A stretch of DNA of 63,418 bases, filler included, from Kipferlia bialata (lineage: Eukaryota): the NCBI GenBank assembly GCA_003568945.1. It is 6 parts of 5 records of this genome, joined end to end, with 100 filler letters (N's around TTAATTAATTAA, not from the genome) between each part and the next. Parts side by side here need not be neighbours in the genome. Positions count along the whole stretch, not along the records: positions 16,204 to 35,885 come from BDIP01000409.1; positions 35,986 to 55,625 come from BDIP01000410.1; 4 more parts are not named here. The stretch is one strand, 5' to 3'. The notes under the pieces are model-generated. The model was not told the DNA's origin, ran no database searches, and saw only the letters and a list, made by a program, of their open reading frames with translations. This document shows positions 25,301 through 38,603 of this stretch, in pieces. Positions within the stretch are counted from its first letter, which is position 1; the number at the start of each line of letters is the position of its first letter. The position numbers and the translations under genes are program-made.

Positions 25301-28300
25301 AGAGATACAAAGATCCATAATTGTGAGTACATATTCCGTCATACACACTAAAGGCAATACTCAGTGTCATAGTGTATATATAGTGTGTTTCCCACCAATT
25401 GGGGTGTTTCCTGATGACCTCAGGATCATGTAGTATATGCATATATTGCATTACTAGTGTATTTGTTAAAAGTATTGGATATATATATGTTACAATAATA
25501 ATAAATTTGTATAATAATCAGGATATTCCCTGGGGTAGGCATTCTCTTCAACATGGAGGCCATCCAGAGTGCTCTCCACCATGTTATGGTCACCCACCCC
25601 GACTTCGGAAGTGGAGAGTGGCAGCCAGAGGTATACATATATATACATATATCTACATATATATATATATATATATAGTGGAGAGTGGCAGCCAGAGGTA
25701 TACGTAAATATACATATATCTACATATATACATATATATATAGTGGAGAGTGGCAGCCAGAGGTATACATAGATGATACATATAGAAGGTATATATGCAC
25801 TCATACAAAATGTGTATTGAATACATGTGTGTGTGTATCACTACTAACACCAGTGCCTTGCTAGGGGCCTCACCTCTCTGATGCAGGCCGCTGCCAAGGG
25901 GGACTCATTTGACAGTTACACGGGGTGAGAATGTATACATTGTGTATGTAGTATTAGTGTTACAAAATATATAAATACTCATGTTAGTTAGGTGTGAAAT
26001 ATATAATGATGAGAGTAATAATATTTGTCCAAATAACTGTAACACACAGAAAGAACAAGTGCGGAGAGGTTATCCTGAAGCACCAGCTGTGTGAGTACCT
26101 GCTGGACCCCCGGAGGTCTGTATGTTTATATGTAGGAATTCATATATGTTAATATATATATATAGAGAGAGAGAGAGAGACAGAGAGAGACAGAGACAGA
26201 GAGAGAGAGAGAGAGAGAGGGAAAGTGTGTAGAAGGCTTTCAATACCTGCTAGGCCCCAGATGGTATATATACAGTGGTAGTTGTGTATATATGTACAGT
26301 TATTTTTGTGTATCTGTGTTGTCATGTTTGCAGCATAATAGTGAATATATATTGCCCATCACTCGCCATTTCTTTATATTTGTTAATATTACACACTCTC
26401 CTATATGTACATGTATGCTCCCATCTAGATCCTTCCATTAGGATGTATATTGTTTATAATGTGTAAATATGTATAGTATATGTCTACACATAGTATATAT
26501 ATATATATATGTATTATATATGTTGTCCCATCCGAGGTCCTTCGATGCATTGAACAAACCCTCATTATTAGTGTATATATGTATATATATATTATCAAAT
26601 ACATTCTAGTACCAGCGCGTACGAGACCGTTGTCTAAACGTCTAAACGTAAATGCATTAGCGTCCAATCATATATATATCATATATATATATATATGTAT
26701 TATATATGTTGTCCAACCCCAGGTCCTTCGACCCAGTGAACACCCCTGCCCTTAGAGACCTCCTGGTGACTGCAATCAGCATCCAGGTATTCATATGTAC
26801 ATATAGTGAGTATTGTACACGTTATAAGAGAGCCGGAAGAATGAAGTATTCGATGTGTCGTATGTTTGCCTATTCTCTCTAAGAGCCCCGCATATTGCCT
26901 ACGTACCACAATACAAATTAGGTTTTACTATTTCATATATACTCAAGAGTTTTTTTTCTAGTGTATGATGCAAGTATATATATGGATATATATGCATGTA
27001 TACCATGTATACCCATACTCACATTCAGTACGAGGAGACCTTTCTTTACTATTACAAGTGTTTATTGTAAGTAAAGATATGAATATATCTATTATATTGT
27101 ATATATATATATATATACATGTATACCATGTATACCCATACTTACATTCAGTACGAGGAGGCCCCTATGCCCAGCTCTGACGTCCCTTTCAGACTGGCAG
27201 TGCAGGTGTTGTATTATACGTTATACGTTATACGATATTCGTGATACGTTATACGTTATACGATATACGTTATATTGTCGTCCCTATGTATATAGAGTAT
27301 TTGTATGTATATGCGCATACTCTATGTAGAGGATATAGAAATATCAATATCGAATACGTACGGTACATAGACAACTGTATAAGTCGTCAATGATATAGCC
27401 TCTCCTCACCCTCAGGGCCAGTTTGACTCTCTCATTGCCACCATGCCCCACAACAACGGGGACAAGGGGGAGGATGAGGTATATATTGAATATTGAATAT
27501 CACTATGAATGAATACTGTAAACAACATAGTGTTTATATTCAAAGTTTACAAATTTTATACATTTTCATTACATATATATACATATGTGGGTGAATAGGA
27601 TATATTTTTTGTTCTTTTTCTATTTACTGACTGACTGTGTATTCTGTTTACTGACTTGTAAGCTCTTCATGTGACGTCTTTCTAGTTCAGAATCTTGGTG
27701 TGTCCTAGGCTCTCCTCCGATCCAGTATTAGTCTGTAAATATACAAAAGAAAACATGTATATATATATATATATGTATTGTCAAGTATTAGTGTACGTAC
27801 TTGCAGTTGTTCCTCAATGGTCTTTACTCATAGTGTAGGTGTTCCTTCAGGTCTGCTACGACCTTGTGCAGTACTACATCGACAGGGAGGGCTGGATCAT
27901 CGCACCCGGCCCAGGCGATGGAAGCCGCTTGCGTTACAATCGCAAGGGTACACATTGTATATATATTATATCTATTCATGATATATATACATACATATAT
28001 GTATCGTAGGGATAGCGCCTATGTGTAATTCAGTGCCAATGGATATATAGTATATACAAGTTTATAGTGTATAGTGAGTATCCCTCCCGTTCCAATGTCA
28101 CGGTATACAGTGTATACTATACACAGATAACGGTTGTATGTATATTGCATACATGACATAATTCGCCCCATGTAGTGGTTTCAGTGTCAGCATCAGGGTT
28201 CTGAAACATAATCTAAATAAATGAAACATATATATATATATATATTCATGTGTGTGTGTATGATGTAAATATATGTGAATGGTGTTGGTTCTTGTTTGTG

Positions 28301-29620
28301 TATATATGTGTGCATGTATCTCATTGTTGGTATTTGTGTATATCTCACTTTCAGGCTTGAGACCTGGTCACCTCAGTGGGAGAGTGAAGCATGAGATATC
28401 AGGTGAGTATATAAATATATATATGTATAGTATTAAATAGTATGTATATATAGTATAGTATATATATAAATATGTATATATGTATGTATATATATATACA
28501 TGTGTGTGTGTATACATATGTATATGCATGTAAATATGACTACGTCTGTTGAGACTAAAGCCTGACATTGCAAGTGAGTGCTACCGATATATACTATTGT
28601 AAAGTATGAAGTACTGTCTTATGCAAGTGAGGGCCACCGATACAATTCATTCATTTCAGTTCTGACGTACTATGTAGAGAATATATAGATTGGATCATAT
28701 ATTTCTATTCGGGGTGTATAACTTGACTGCCACAATTCATTAATTAATACACCTATATACTATATAATATACATTTCGAGTATGTATATGACGAGTATCA
28801 AAGAGTAATCTGGTGATAGCTTATTATATGAACTCCAGTTGTCACTATTGACTTGTATTAGTGTGTATTAATGTGTATTAATACCACTAGGCATCCTGGG
28901 AGAGAGGGTCAATGGTCTTCCAAAGGCCCTTATTCACACTATCTCGCGTTGCGCAGAGGAGTGCGCAGAGATGACAGGACCACAGGTATATCTATAGAGA
29001 CATATATAAAGACATTGTATATAGATATTTAGACGGATGATTCAAAGGACATCCCTAGGCTGTCCTTGAAATACATTGTTTGTGGACATTGAATTATCCA
29101 GCTATTTAGAACGAGTGATTTCTTTGTATTTCTCTATACCTGTGTCATGAGTGTATCTAACAGATATATATATTGCATATTAGTAATACTGATATACAGG
29201 CCGACTACCTCAGGGATGCCGCCGCCGCCTTCCTGGCCAACCTACACACACCAAACTGCATAGACCCAGCCTACGGGGCCATCCAGGTCGGTGTCGGTCT
29301 CTCTCTCTCTCTCTCTCTCTTTCTCTCCCCCTCTCTCTCACTTTCTTGCATACATCGGATATGTATTGTATGTGTGTTTTATGTAGTGGGTAGTATGTAT
29401 ACAATTAATGTCTATATATGTTGGTATTCTATGTATTGATGGATCCAGTCCACAGTGCCGTTTTGTTAGTGTCAGTATTACTGAACTCCTGATGCGTATA
29501 CAGACCCTTTATGTGCATTCTTTAACCATATACTGTGTTCTTCTTGTATATATATACATCAGGCCACGGTACCGCTCAGGTTAGTGTCAGTGTATCATTT
29601 ATCATATGTATTATGCATGA

Positions 29621-29664
<44 letters not shown>

Positions 29665-32600
29665 ATACAATTAGTGGTACCTAAACATGTATCGAATATA
29701 CCAAGTAATAGATCGTCTTTAATAGATTCATTTTTCAGGCTAGTTTGAGTGCCTGGGCGGGTAGGTGTCCGAGCATATATATTCTGTATTTGTACTGAAT
29801 ACACAATATGTATTCTATATCTACACTTTATATTTTTACTATATGTATGCTGCCTGATACCTAGGTTGAGCGGCTGGGTAGGTCTCCGTTCCACCCCCTG
29901 TCCCCCTGTGCATGTCTGCGTCTGGATGAGGACAGGGCACTGCTGATCGGGAGGAATCCGGATGCAGGGTATATTATATGTATACAATATATAGTGTATA
30001 ACGTATATATAGTGTATATAGTGTATATAGTCTGGACGAGGACAAGGCGCTGCTGATCGGGAGGAAGCTGGATTGGTATATAAAATTCTCTATATATGTA
30101 TTGATAGATAGAGAGAGAGAGAGACAGATGATGTGTATGGGGCACTGCTGATCGGAAGGAAACCGGATAGTGGGATCGTGTCGTATATATATGTGCATAT
30201 AAGTGTGTGTTTGTCACATCTCTGTAGAGAGTGCCATTGAAACCAATCCATAGAGTGTTGTGATACCTAGTAATATATTATTAGCTTTGTACTGAGAATC
30301 CTGTTTTTTAAAAAATACATAATTTGGCGGTTTTGGTTATCAACGCCAGCCCCTTGACTGTATATATATTGTATATATATTTTCGTATCGTAGGGGTCTA
30401 ACAATAGAACAGATCACGAGAACTACGAGGAGATGTATGGAGAGAGAGAATCTATGTTTTTGGCGGCTATCAAGCCTAGCCCCTTGGTGTATGCAGCGCA
30501 CATGTTCATCGCAGAGAGAGAGAGAGGGTCCAGCGATAGGTGGGTTGAATATAGGGTGTAGAGAGAGGTTTAAGAGGTAATACCGATATATATATATATG
30601 ATGTATATATATGATGTATATATATGATATATATATGATATATATATATATGATGTATATATATATGATATATATATATGATGTATCCATCATCGAACCG
30701 GCATCTGTATTACTATATTCAATACTATATGTATTCAATACTATATATATACAATATTATACAAAATATATATACTGTCGATACTAGAAATTAACAAACA
30801 CGTTCATGATGTATTAAGTGTTAATCCACATCTATCTGCCAGTGCTCTCTCGTAGCAGCTGGTTCCCTTGCCACTGAGCAGATATACATACATACATGTA
30901 TACAGACGGATATTAATATATATATATATGTATGTATATAATGTACATTTATACTATAATTTTGAGATACATATATATATATATGTGTGTGCGTATGCTA
31001 TATAATATGTGATAGCAATAGTATACAATAACCGACAGCGCTGTCGCGTACATGTGATAGTAATAGTATATAGTATATAGTATATAGTATATATATAATA
31101 GTACACAAAAACCGACAGCGCTGTCCGGTACACACCAGTGCCTTATATAGTATATATAACATATATATATATATATAATAGTATATAATAACCGACAGTG
31201 CTGTTCGGTACACACCAGTGCCCCTGCCCGAGACCAAGGACTCAGGCCCCGCACTGCAGGCCGGTCCAGCTGTGTACCTAGGGGGCAAGGTGGGCATCGC
31301 TCTCTCTCTCCCTCCCTCCCTCCCTCTCTCTCTCCCTCTCTCTCTCCAAACACATCATATTCCTTGAGTCCGCTGCTCTGTGAATGTCCCTGTATATCTC
31401 TATGTTATTCATGATATTATTGTTATTGAGCCGGTCTATTGTACGGACAACCATCCTCAATATATATGTGTGTATGTATTCTATATTTACTATGTATACC
31501 ACAAATTCAACAGTTTCAGTATCAGTATCGAATGTGTGTTCTCTTCTTGTTCTTTCCCCCCCCCCCTAGGCATTCACTTTCCGACCTATAAATATGAATA
31601 TTATACATACATACTTTATACTAATATGATACATATATAGGATAATACATATATATATATATATATATATACTGTATGTATGCCAACATGTACTTCCTAT
31701 CCCAAGGCATTCATTCCGACCTGTTAATTTGAAAAGATATGAACATATAGTATAGTAGTATGTAATATGATATAGTGTATAGTATACACATATTCCTTAT
31801 CCCAGGTGTACACCCTGACCCAGATTGGGTCAGATTGGACTACGGCCGTTCAGGTACACTATTATGTATTATGTATAGTACAATTATACTATATTGTTAG
31901 TCATTTGATGGTTAGTCATTTGATGGTTAGTCATTTCTATTTTGTATCCATTACAGTATTTGCATATATTATGGATATATCAGGTACATAGAGTAGTGGT
32001 GAATACATATTGTATTAGAACTATCTTATTCTTTCCAATTATTAGAGGGGTGTATAGTAATAGTTATGTGATATAGTGTATAATGAATCCAGACATTTAC
32101 ACTGTCACCCCTCCCTACTTGGTATATTATTGGCGGGTGTACTTGTGGTGTCATGTATGCTGTGTTCAATCAATGAGAATATTGAAATTTACTTTAATGA
32201 GTATTTCATTGATTCCCCTTTATATACTCATTTCGTCAATAATATATATGACATGTATACAATATTCAGTCATTTCATTCTGGGTATGAACACATTGTCA
32301 GTATTGCTAATACTGCTCTCAAAATAGTATTGCCATAATACTTGGCATTGTAATTCAATTTTGGTACTATATATACCATATTTACAATGTATATACATAT
32401 TATATATATTTGTAATATTTATTGACTACTACTAATAATTATCATTATCATTGCTGATTCAGATTTACAACAAATCTATAACAATTTATCCATAGAAATA
32501 TACATATGTGCCATACATTACTAATTCAGGTCTACAGCCTGGATAGCAACACAGTCGAGACCTACACCCCTGGGAAGGGAGAGGTACGTACATAAATGCA

Positions 32601-35600
32601 TTCTATTCAGATGTACAAGTGCGTGGTGAACATATACTTACAATACTTTTACATATATACACACACATATATATATGCGACTCGGATTGTTACGCTGTGG
32701 CATGTGTATGTGTGGATACAGACTGTACTATTTACCATATATATATCTATTTATATATATTCGCGAACCATCCAACATACATTTATGTATACCTAACTAG
32801 TAACTGTGCCCCTGGTTTCCAGTCACTTGAGTGGTATAGTGCCCAAGTATATCATAGTGGTGTATTAGTGTAGCGTGCTACAGGTTAGTAGTAGAGTCGA
32901 GTGAGTAAACTGTCTAACTCACAGGTTTGGGCCGAGTTTCAACAACATAATATATTATACAACATATTATTGTGCATTATACTATACTGTATATAAATAC
33001 AACATAAATTATTCTAGTGGTATTGCTTTTATACCCAGGTCTGGCCGTCCGGTGGCTCTCTCATGGTTGCCGTGTCCGAGACTGAGGTATACGCTATTGT
33101 ATAGTGTGTAGTCCAATGTCTATTATATACTCTGTCAAGTCTGCTCTCTCTCCTTCTAATATTGTGAAGTATTGTTCTTATTGCCGTGTCAGAGTTTTCC
33201 ATACACATATATATATAGTCTTTCGTGTCGTGTTCTGTACCTACAATGTTCTCTCTCTTTCTCATTTATCTCATTTCATTTCATTATATACTGAAATATA
33301 TATGTATTGTCTTCTCGAGACGCAAATATCGACTCTCGCAATCATTACCATCTAACTCGCAGTTTCTGATCCTCGGTGCACCGACCCAGGATTGCTACGG
33401 TCATTGCCACCCCGAAGGGTCCTGTTTCGCCAAATGGTATGTATATTTACACTATATATACAATACTATACTATACTATTTGTGTTAGAATATATAAATA
33501 CCATGCTATTCTAAATTCAATATCCTATATATCTCTATTCTCTTTCATATTCTCTTTAGTATTATATTACTGTATATTAATATACTATATTACTATGTAT
33601 TATTATATTACTATGTAATTTTATATTAGTGTGAATTATTATATTACTCTGTAATATTACATTACTATTAATTATTACATTACTGAGTATCATTATATTA
33701 CTATGTATTATTGTAATACTATGTATGGGTTTCACCAATGGGTAAGTGGATAGTTTTGCTCGTGTTTACAGTACATAATAAGCTACATATGACAATGTGC
33801 AATGCACATTGTGCACTATACTTATGATTGGTTGCTATTACCAAATTTCACATCATTCAGGGTTTGTATATATACACTATACATAATGCAATGTGTCCGT
33901 GTTCATATTCATTCTCTTATATATATATACATTCACTCTCAGGAGAAGAGGCGCTCTGCTCCTGGTGCCCTGGGTCTACAACACAGAGACACGCAAGTGG
34001 AAGGTGGCTATGTATATTGTGTAAGTATTCTCTCTTCTCACTAATGGTATTTCTCTCTTACTGCTACAAAGCCCTTTCAACGTGCATATTGCTGTACTAT
34101 ACGGATTAATCTCTGTATATATATGCACTCATGCTAGTCCTGGGCTGTGTCCCCACCAGTACCCTTTGGGCAGGAGTGGGACATATCTGCATCATTGATC
34201 GACAGGTACATTGATTGATTGATTGATTGACTGATTGATTTAGTGATTGATTTATATACTCATTGACCCTGGACGCCAGTATATGCTACGTGTATTCATT
34301 TTTAGTGAGACACATCGGCATCTATAGTCGACATAGGTGTATATAGGTATACAAATGACATAAGAATGAATTTTTCGTATTCAATATATATGCATGGAGA
34401 GAAGAAATCGGGGTATCCAGTCAGGACGTGAACCAGTATATGTTCCCATACACTGTATTATCTATGTGTCTATGCATATAGTACATGTATTCACACCCAC
34501 TCATTATTGTCCATGTCACTGGGGATTGTGTATATACTGCATATATGATACTAATTGACATTAGTATTCAGTTTAATTACTATATCTCACTATATCGGTT
34601 GCCATGTGACAAAGTATTTTGTTTTGACATATTCTCATGATTATATTCTATATATACATATATACTTGTATAATTTCTAACTGATGATACGTATGTATCT
34701 CACACAGCCGTGTCCATATGTATACATACGTATATATTTATATAGTGGTCTGTACATTTATGCATTCTCGATACCCATGCATCTCACCCAGCCGGGCCCA
34801 TTTTACTGGCCATGATGTATACCTCTGTATTTTACATTTACGTATGTGCAAAATGATACTTAATGTACGTATGAGTGTACAAAGACAATATCATAAAGTG
34901 TCTCACCCATCCGTGTCCATGTGACTGGACATGACGCAGAACTAATTTATAGTATTGTATATTGTATGAATAATTTATGTATCTATACTGTTATATATAA
35001 GTATACTGCTATATATCCTGTTATATATTATGTTATATATATACGTGTATATGTGTCATTATTGATACCAGCCGTGTCCATGTGACTGGACATGACGCAG
35101 AACGCCGCGCAGCATTCCACGCTGCTCTCACCCTACCCACGGAGGAGAAGCCCGAGGGTGAGGAAATATATAGCGGATATTCAGAGAATACGAATATATA
35201 TATTCATTTTGAAGCCTCAAGGAACGTGTTTGAATATTTGTAGCTGCTATATAGTATCCTCTAGTAATATCCTCTGACTTATGTAGGTTATAGTACAAAT
35301 ATATACCATTGAAATACAACATATTGACACATTATGTAGCTGATCAGTAATAATGATTCATGTATATGTATTATACCCGCTGACTTGCAAGGCGAGTGGG
35401 AAGATATACTCCTAAAGAGGACTTTCAACGGAGGGGCCTGCTTACAGGTATACTCTATATATATATATGTATATACGTTTTCTTACAGGTCACCTGTCTA
35501 TCTATTCCTATATCTACAACTATCTGTCTGTTGATACACACACTGTCTCTGACACTGAATTATCTCTCTCTCTATATATGTATATATATGTGTGTAGATA

Positions 35601-35807
35601 CATATATATATATCTAGTGACACTGACACCAGGTCCTTGGGGAGTCTCTCTCTGTATATATTTATAACTATATACATACATATATGTTTATATGTATACC
35701 ATACGTATTTGTACATGTATATATGTGTGTGTATTACAATAGGATCTTGGCGAAGGGCTCGCTCTGTCGTGCTCTAGGAGTGCAGCGTGGGCGTACAGTG
35801 CTGTCAG
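22372..35807 (+). CDS. Large micro-exon gene: helical N-terminal region of unknown function plus a Kelch-like beta-propeller C-terminal region; 3'-truncated; some exon boundaries uncertain
   Basis: More than 25 GC-rich exons of about 16-130 nt sit in AT-microsatellite introns and mostly chain in phase: MPSGVDAHVYRPLGDL..ECWRYLCHMMTV..IFPGVGILFNMEAIQSALHH..VCYDLVQYYIDREGW..CLRLDEDRALLIG..AVYLGGKVYTL..VYSLDSNTVET..MVAVSETEFLILG..WVYNTETRKWK..SLIDSRVHVTG..AWAYSAV. Confidence 0.6.
23123..23266 (+). repeat. Intronic minisatellite, 24-nt unit TCAGTCTATATATGATATATGATA x6
   Basis: Six consecutive near-identical units with no spacers. Confidence 0.9.
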
Positions 35808-35852
35808 GTCAGTACTGTATATGTATATAGACACACACACACACACACACAC

Positions 35853-35885
<33 letters not shown>

Positions 35886-35985
35886 NNNNNNNNNNNNNNN
35901 NNNNNNNNNNNNNNNNNNNNNNNNNNNNNTTAATTAATTAANNNNNNNNNNNNNNNNNNNNNNNNNNNNNNNNNNNNNNNNNNNN
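35886..35985. other. Artificial contig spacer
   Basis: N44-TTAATTAATTAA-N44. Confidence 0.98.
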
Positions 35986-36047
35986 TATCAGTATACACAA
36001 TACATCCCCCCCCCCTCACTCTCCCAACCCCCCCCCCCTCACCCCAG

Positions 36048-36568
36048 GAAGAGGAGGAGACCTCCTTCCAGCCAACTCTAACAGCCCACCAGCCCACACG
36101 CATCAGAAGCCACTTAAGGTATGGGGGTATACATGTATTCATGGAGTGTGTTTGGGGTATGGGTGTACAGTGCTATCTGTCTGTCACTACCTACCTGACC
36201 CCAGGATCAGCCAGGAGGGAGACACCTATCTGGAGAGGGTGGAGAGGGAGAGAGAGGCCGTCGAGCAGCGCAGAATGCAGGCATACCAGAGACAGGTGTG
36301 TTGTTTCTACATACTATATATACCAGACCGTGTTCCGTATTGTCCACACCCTCTAGCATATATATCTTCTGACCCCCCAGGCCCTGTCCGAGATGGCTGA
36401 GTGCACCTTCCACCCCCAGACCACAGACCTCCCACAGCACGTCAGGTACCACACACTGTCTCTCTTTATCCACACACCTAGTGATAGATAGATATATGTT
36501 ATTAGTTGTCTCTCCCCCTCACCCCTAGGCGTGTTGCCAGGCAGATGCAGGAGCTGAGGGATCAGTAG
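36048..36568 (+). CDS. 3' end (4 exons) of a charged coiled-coil protein with TFxP-type motifs, function unknown
   Basis: In-phase splice product EEEETSFQPTLTAHQPTRIRSHLRISQEGDTYLERVEREREAVEQRRMQAYQRQALSEMAECTFHPQTTDLPQHVRRVARQMQELRDQ*. Confidence 0.7.
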
Positions 36569-37050
36569 TGGGACAGCCCCCAGGCACACTCAGCCCCCCT
36601 GTTAGGGCATGTGTGTCAACGTGTATTGGCGTGTATTCCAGTGGATGTATATGTGTATTCTTGGTGTTCGTTGTGTGCCAGCTGTTTCGTGGCTGTGAGT
36701 TTTGTATAGTATCTTATGAATCAATCTTTCAATAGAGGGTGGTCAGTCACAGGTACTTCATGCAGAGTGTTCTACAGTTGAGTGTTTCTATTGTCAAGTT
36801 TGATGGTGTATTTGTCACTGTATACCTCCCCCGTCTCATTGTACAGAGCACCATGTGTGTATATACAGGACCAGTTGTGTGGGCAGACGAAATTGGGCAG
36901 ATGACGTCATCCCAGGGAGTGCTCTCTCTTGTGCATTGACCTAGTGGATAGATGACGGTTGGTGTGTCACTGTGCCCAGGTGTGCACTGCGAGGGGACTG
37001 ACGGTCATACGCTTAATGACTTGACTGCCCCCCACCCTCCCTCCAAGGGC

Positions 37051-38046
37051 ATGAGTGAGGCCAGTGTGTTTGGGGTGGGTCTGTCTATGGCTGGGGTGCT
37101 GCTAGCAGCAGGTGTGTCCGGCTATAAGTATATGTGGATGACATACACATGGTACTCGTTGTCAAATTGAGACACAGCGTGTGTTTGTTCTGCCCCCCTA
37201 CCACTCGTCTCACCCCCCAGCCGTCCTCCTCCTGGTTGCCCCTCTGGGCCCCTACCCCGTGTATGGCTTCCAGACAGGGGAGGCACCAGAGTGGCTGGAG
37301 CCTCTAGTGGACACAGACCTGGCATCATTCTGGATGGGGGACCAGGTGCATATATGTATACTATCAGGTATAGACTCTTCTCCCTGTGGTTATATCCACT
37401 CACCCCCAGGTATATACCGACAGACAACCTGTGTCACTAGGTCTCACCCTCTCCTGGGATGCTATAGAGGCCTGTGCCGCAGAGGAGGTGCTACTCCCCT
37501 TGGAGAACGCCACAGTACCATCATTCTATAGTTGCAGTGACCATACCACCCACACTGTGACTGCACTCTCAGCTGACACTGTGCTTGTGAGACAGACAGT
37601 GGACAGGCCTCCCGTGACAGAGAACGCACTGTATACTACACGATACACCACGGAGACAGGGCCAGCCTCACTCAGTGTTGGGTATGTGCCACTCTCCATA
37701 TCCACGTGTCACACACAGTACTGCATGTAGTATATACTTCATTGTCTCTCTAACCCCTAGGTGGGTACAGTCCAAGTGGGACACCAGGGGTCTACTCCGT
37801 GCTGCCAGTGACATAGACACCACCACTGATGGTGATGGTGTATATGTGACATGCAGTAGCAGCCGGGCACTTGCTGCAGCAGTGTGTTGCTTTGGTGCGT
37901 CAGCAGCACTGGTCCTCACTGGTGTCTGCGTGTGGCACAAGAGGAAGGCACACACCCAGAGTCTGGGCCAGTGTCTGGACATGGCTGAGTCCGGTGCTGG
38001 GGAGAGACCTCTCTCTCTCTCATATCAGCCAGAGGCCGTCGTCTGA
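37051..38046 (+). CDS. Hypothetical membrane protein (N-terminal signal/anchor plus C-terminal TM helix), 4 exons
   Basis: Starts MSEASVFGVGLSMAGVLLAAAVLLLVAP; C-terminal ALAAAVCCFGASAALVLTGVCVW is followed by basic HKRK; canonical introns. Confidence 0.7.
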
Positions 38047-38603
38047 GGGTGAGGGTGGAGTGTGTCACTCTGTTCATGTCTCAGATGTATGTCAGGAGTG
38101 GGACGACGTGACATTCCATGGGTACTGGAAGGTCGCGGAGTGACAGCAATCACCCTGCTTCTAGGACCTGTTATATAGGTATATATGATACGCAGTGTAT
38201 CTTACGCTCTTCAATAGACCTTAGTACATTGTCATTCAGTATCTGAGTCTACTTGGGTTGCAGATATGACTACCAGGTGTACGCTCAGTGACACTAAGGT
38301 TTATAGCCCGACGCCATTCGACCAATCATTGACTCATGATTAGTCGTATGATTGGTTCTGGCAGCCAATCAAGTTTCTGTCTTATTTCTTTGTCAACCTT
38401 GACTAAGGTGTATGTATGTTGCAGTATACTTTCCACTGACCCTTAGTGACAAATGTGACCCCTAGAGATGTGTCTTTAGCGGACCTGGGGGTCCATACTG
38501 ATAGGGACCGTACAACCACACTGATTGGCCAAACGGTACCGTTCGTCCGTGCACCTGCCGCCATCCGCCCTGTCCCCTCTCTAATCAGTGATACTCCGTC
38601 AGA

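Noticed and set aside
22600..35885. Many Y/I/C/V-rich ORFs in the ORF track
   Set aside because: Translations of (AT)n/(GT)n intronic microsatellites.
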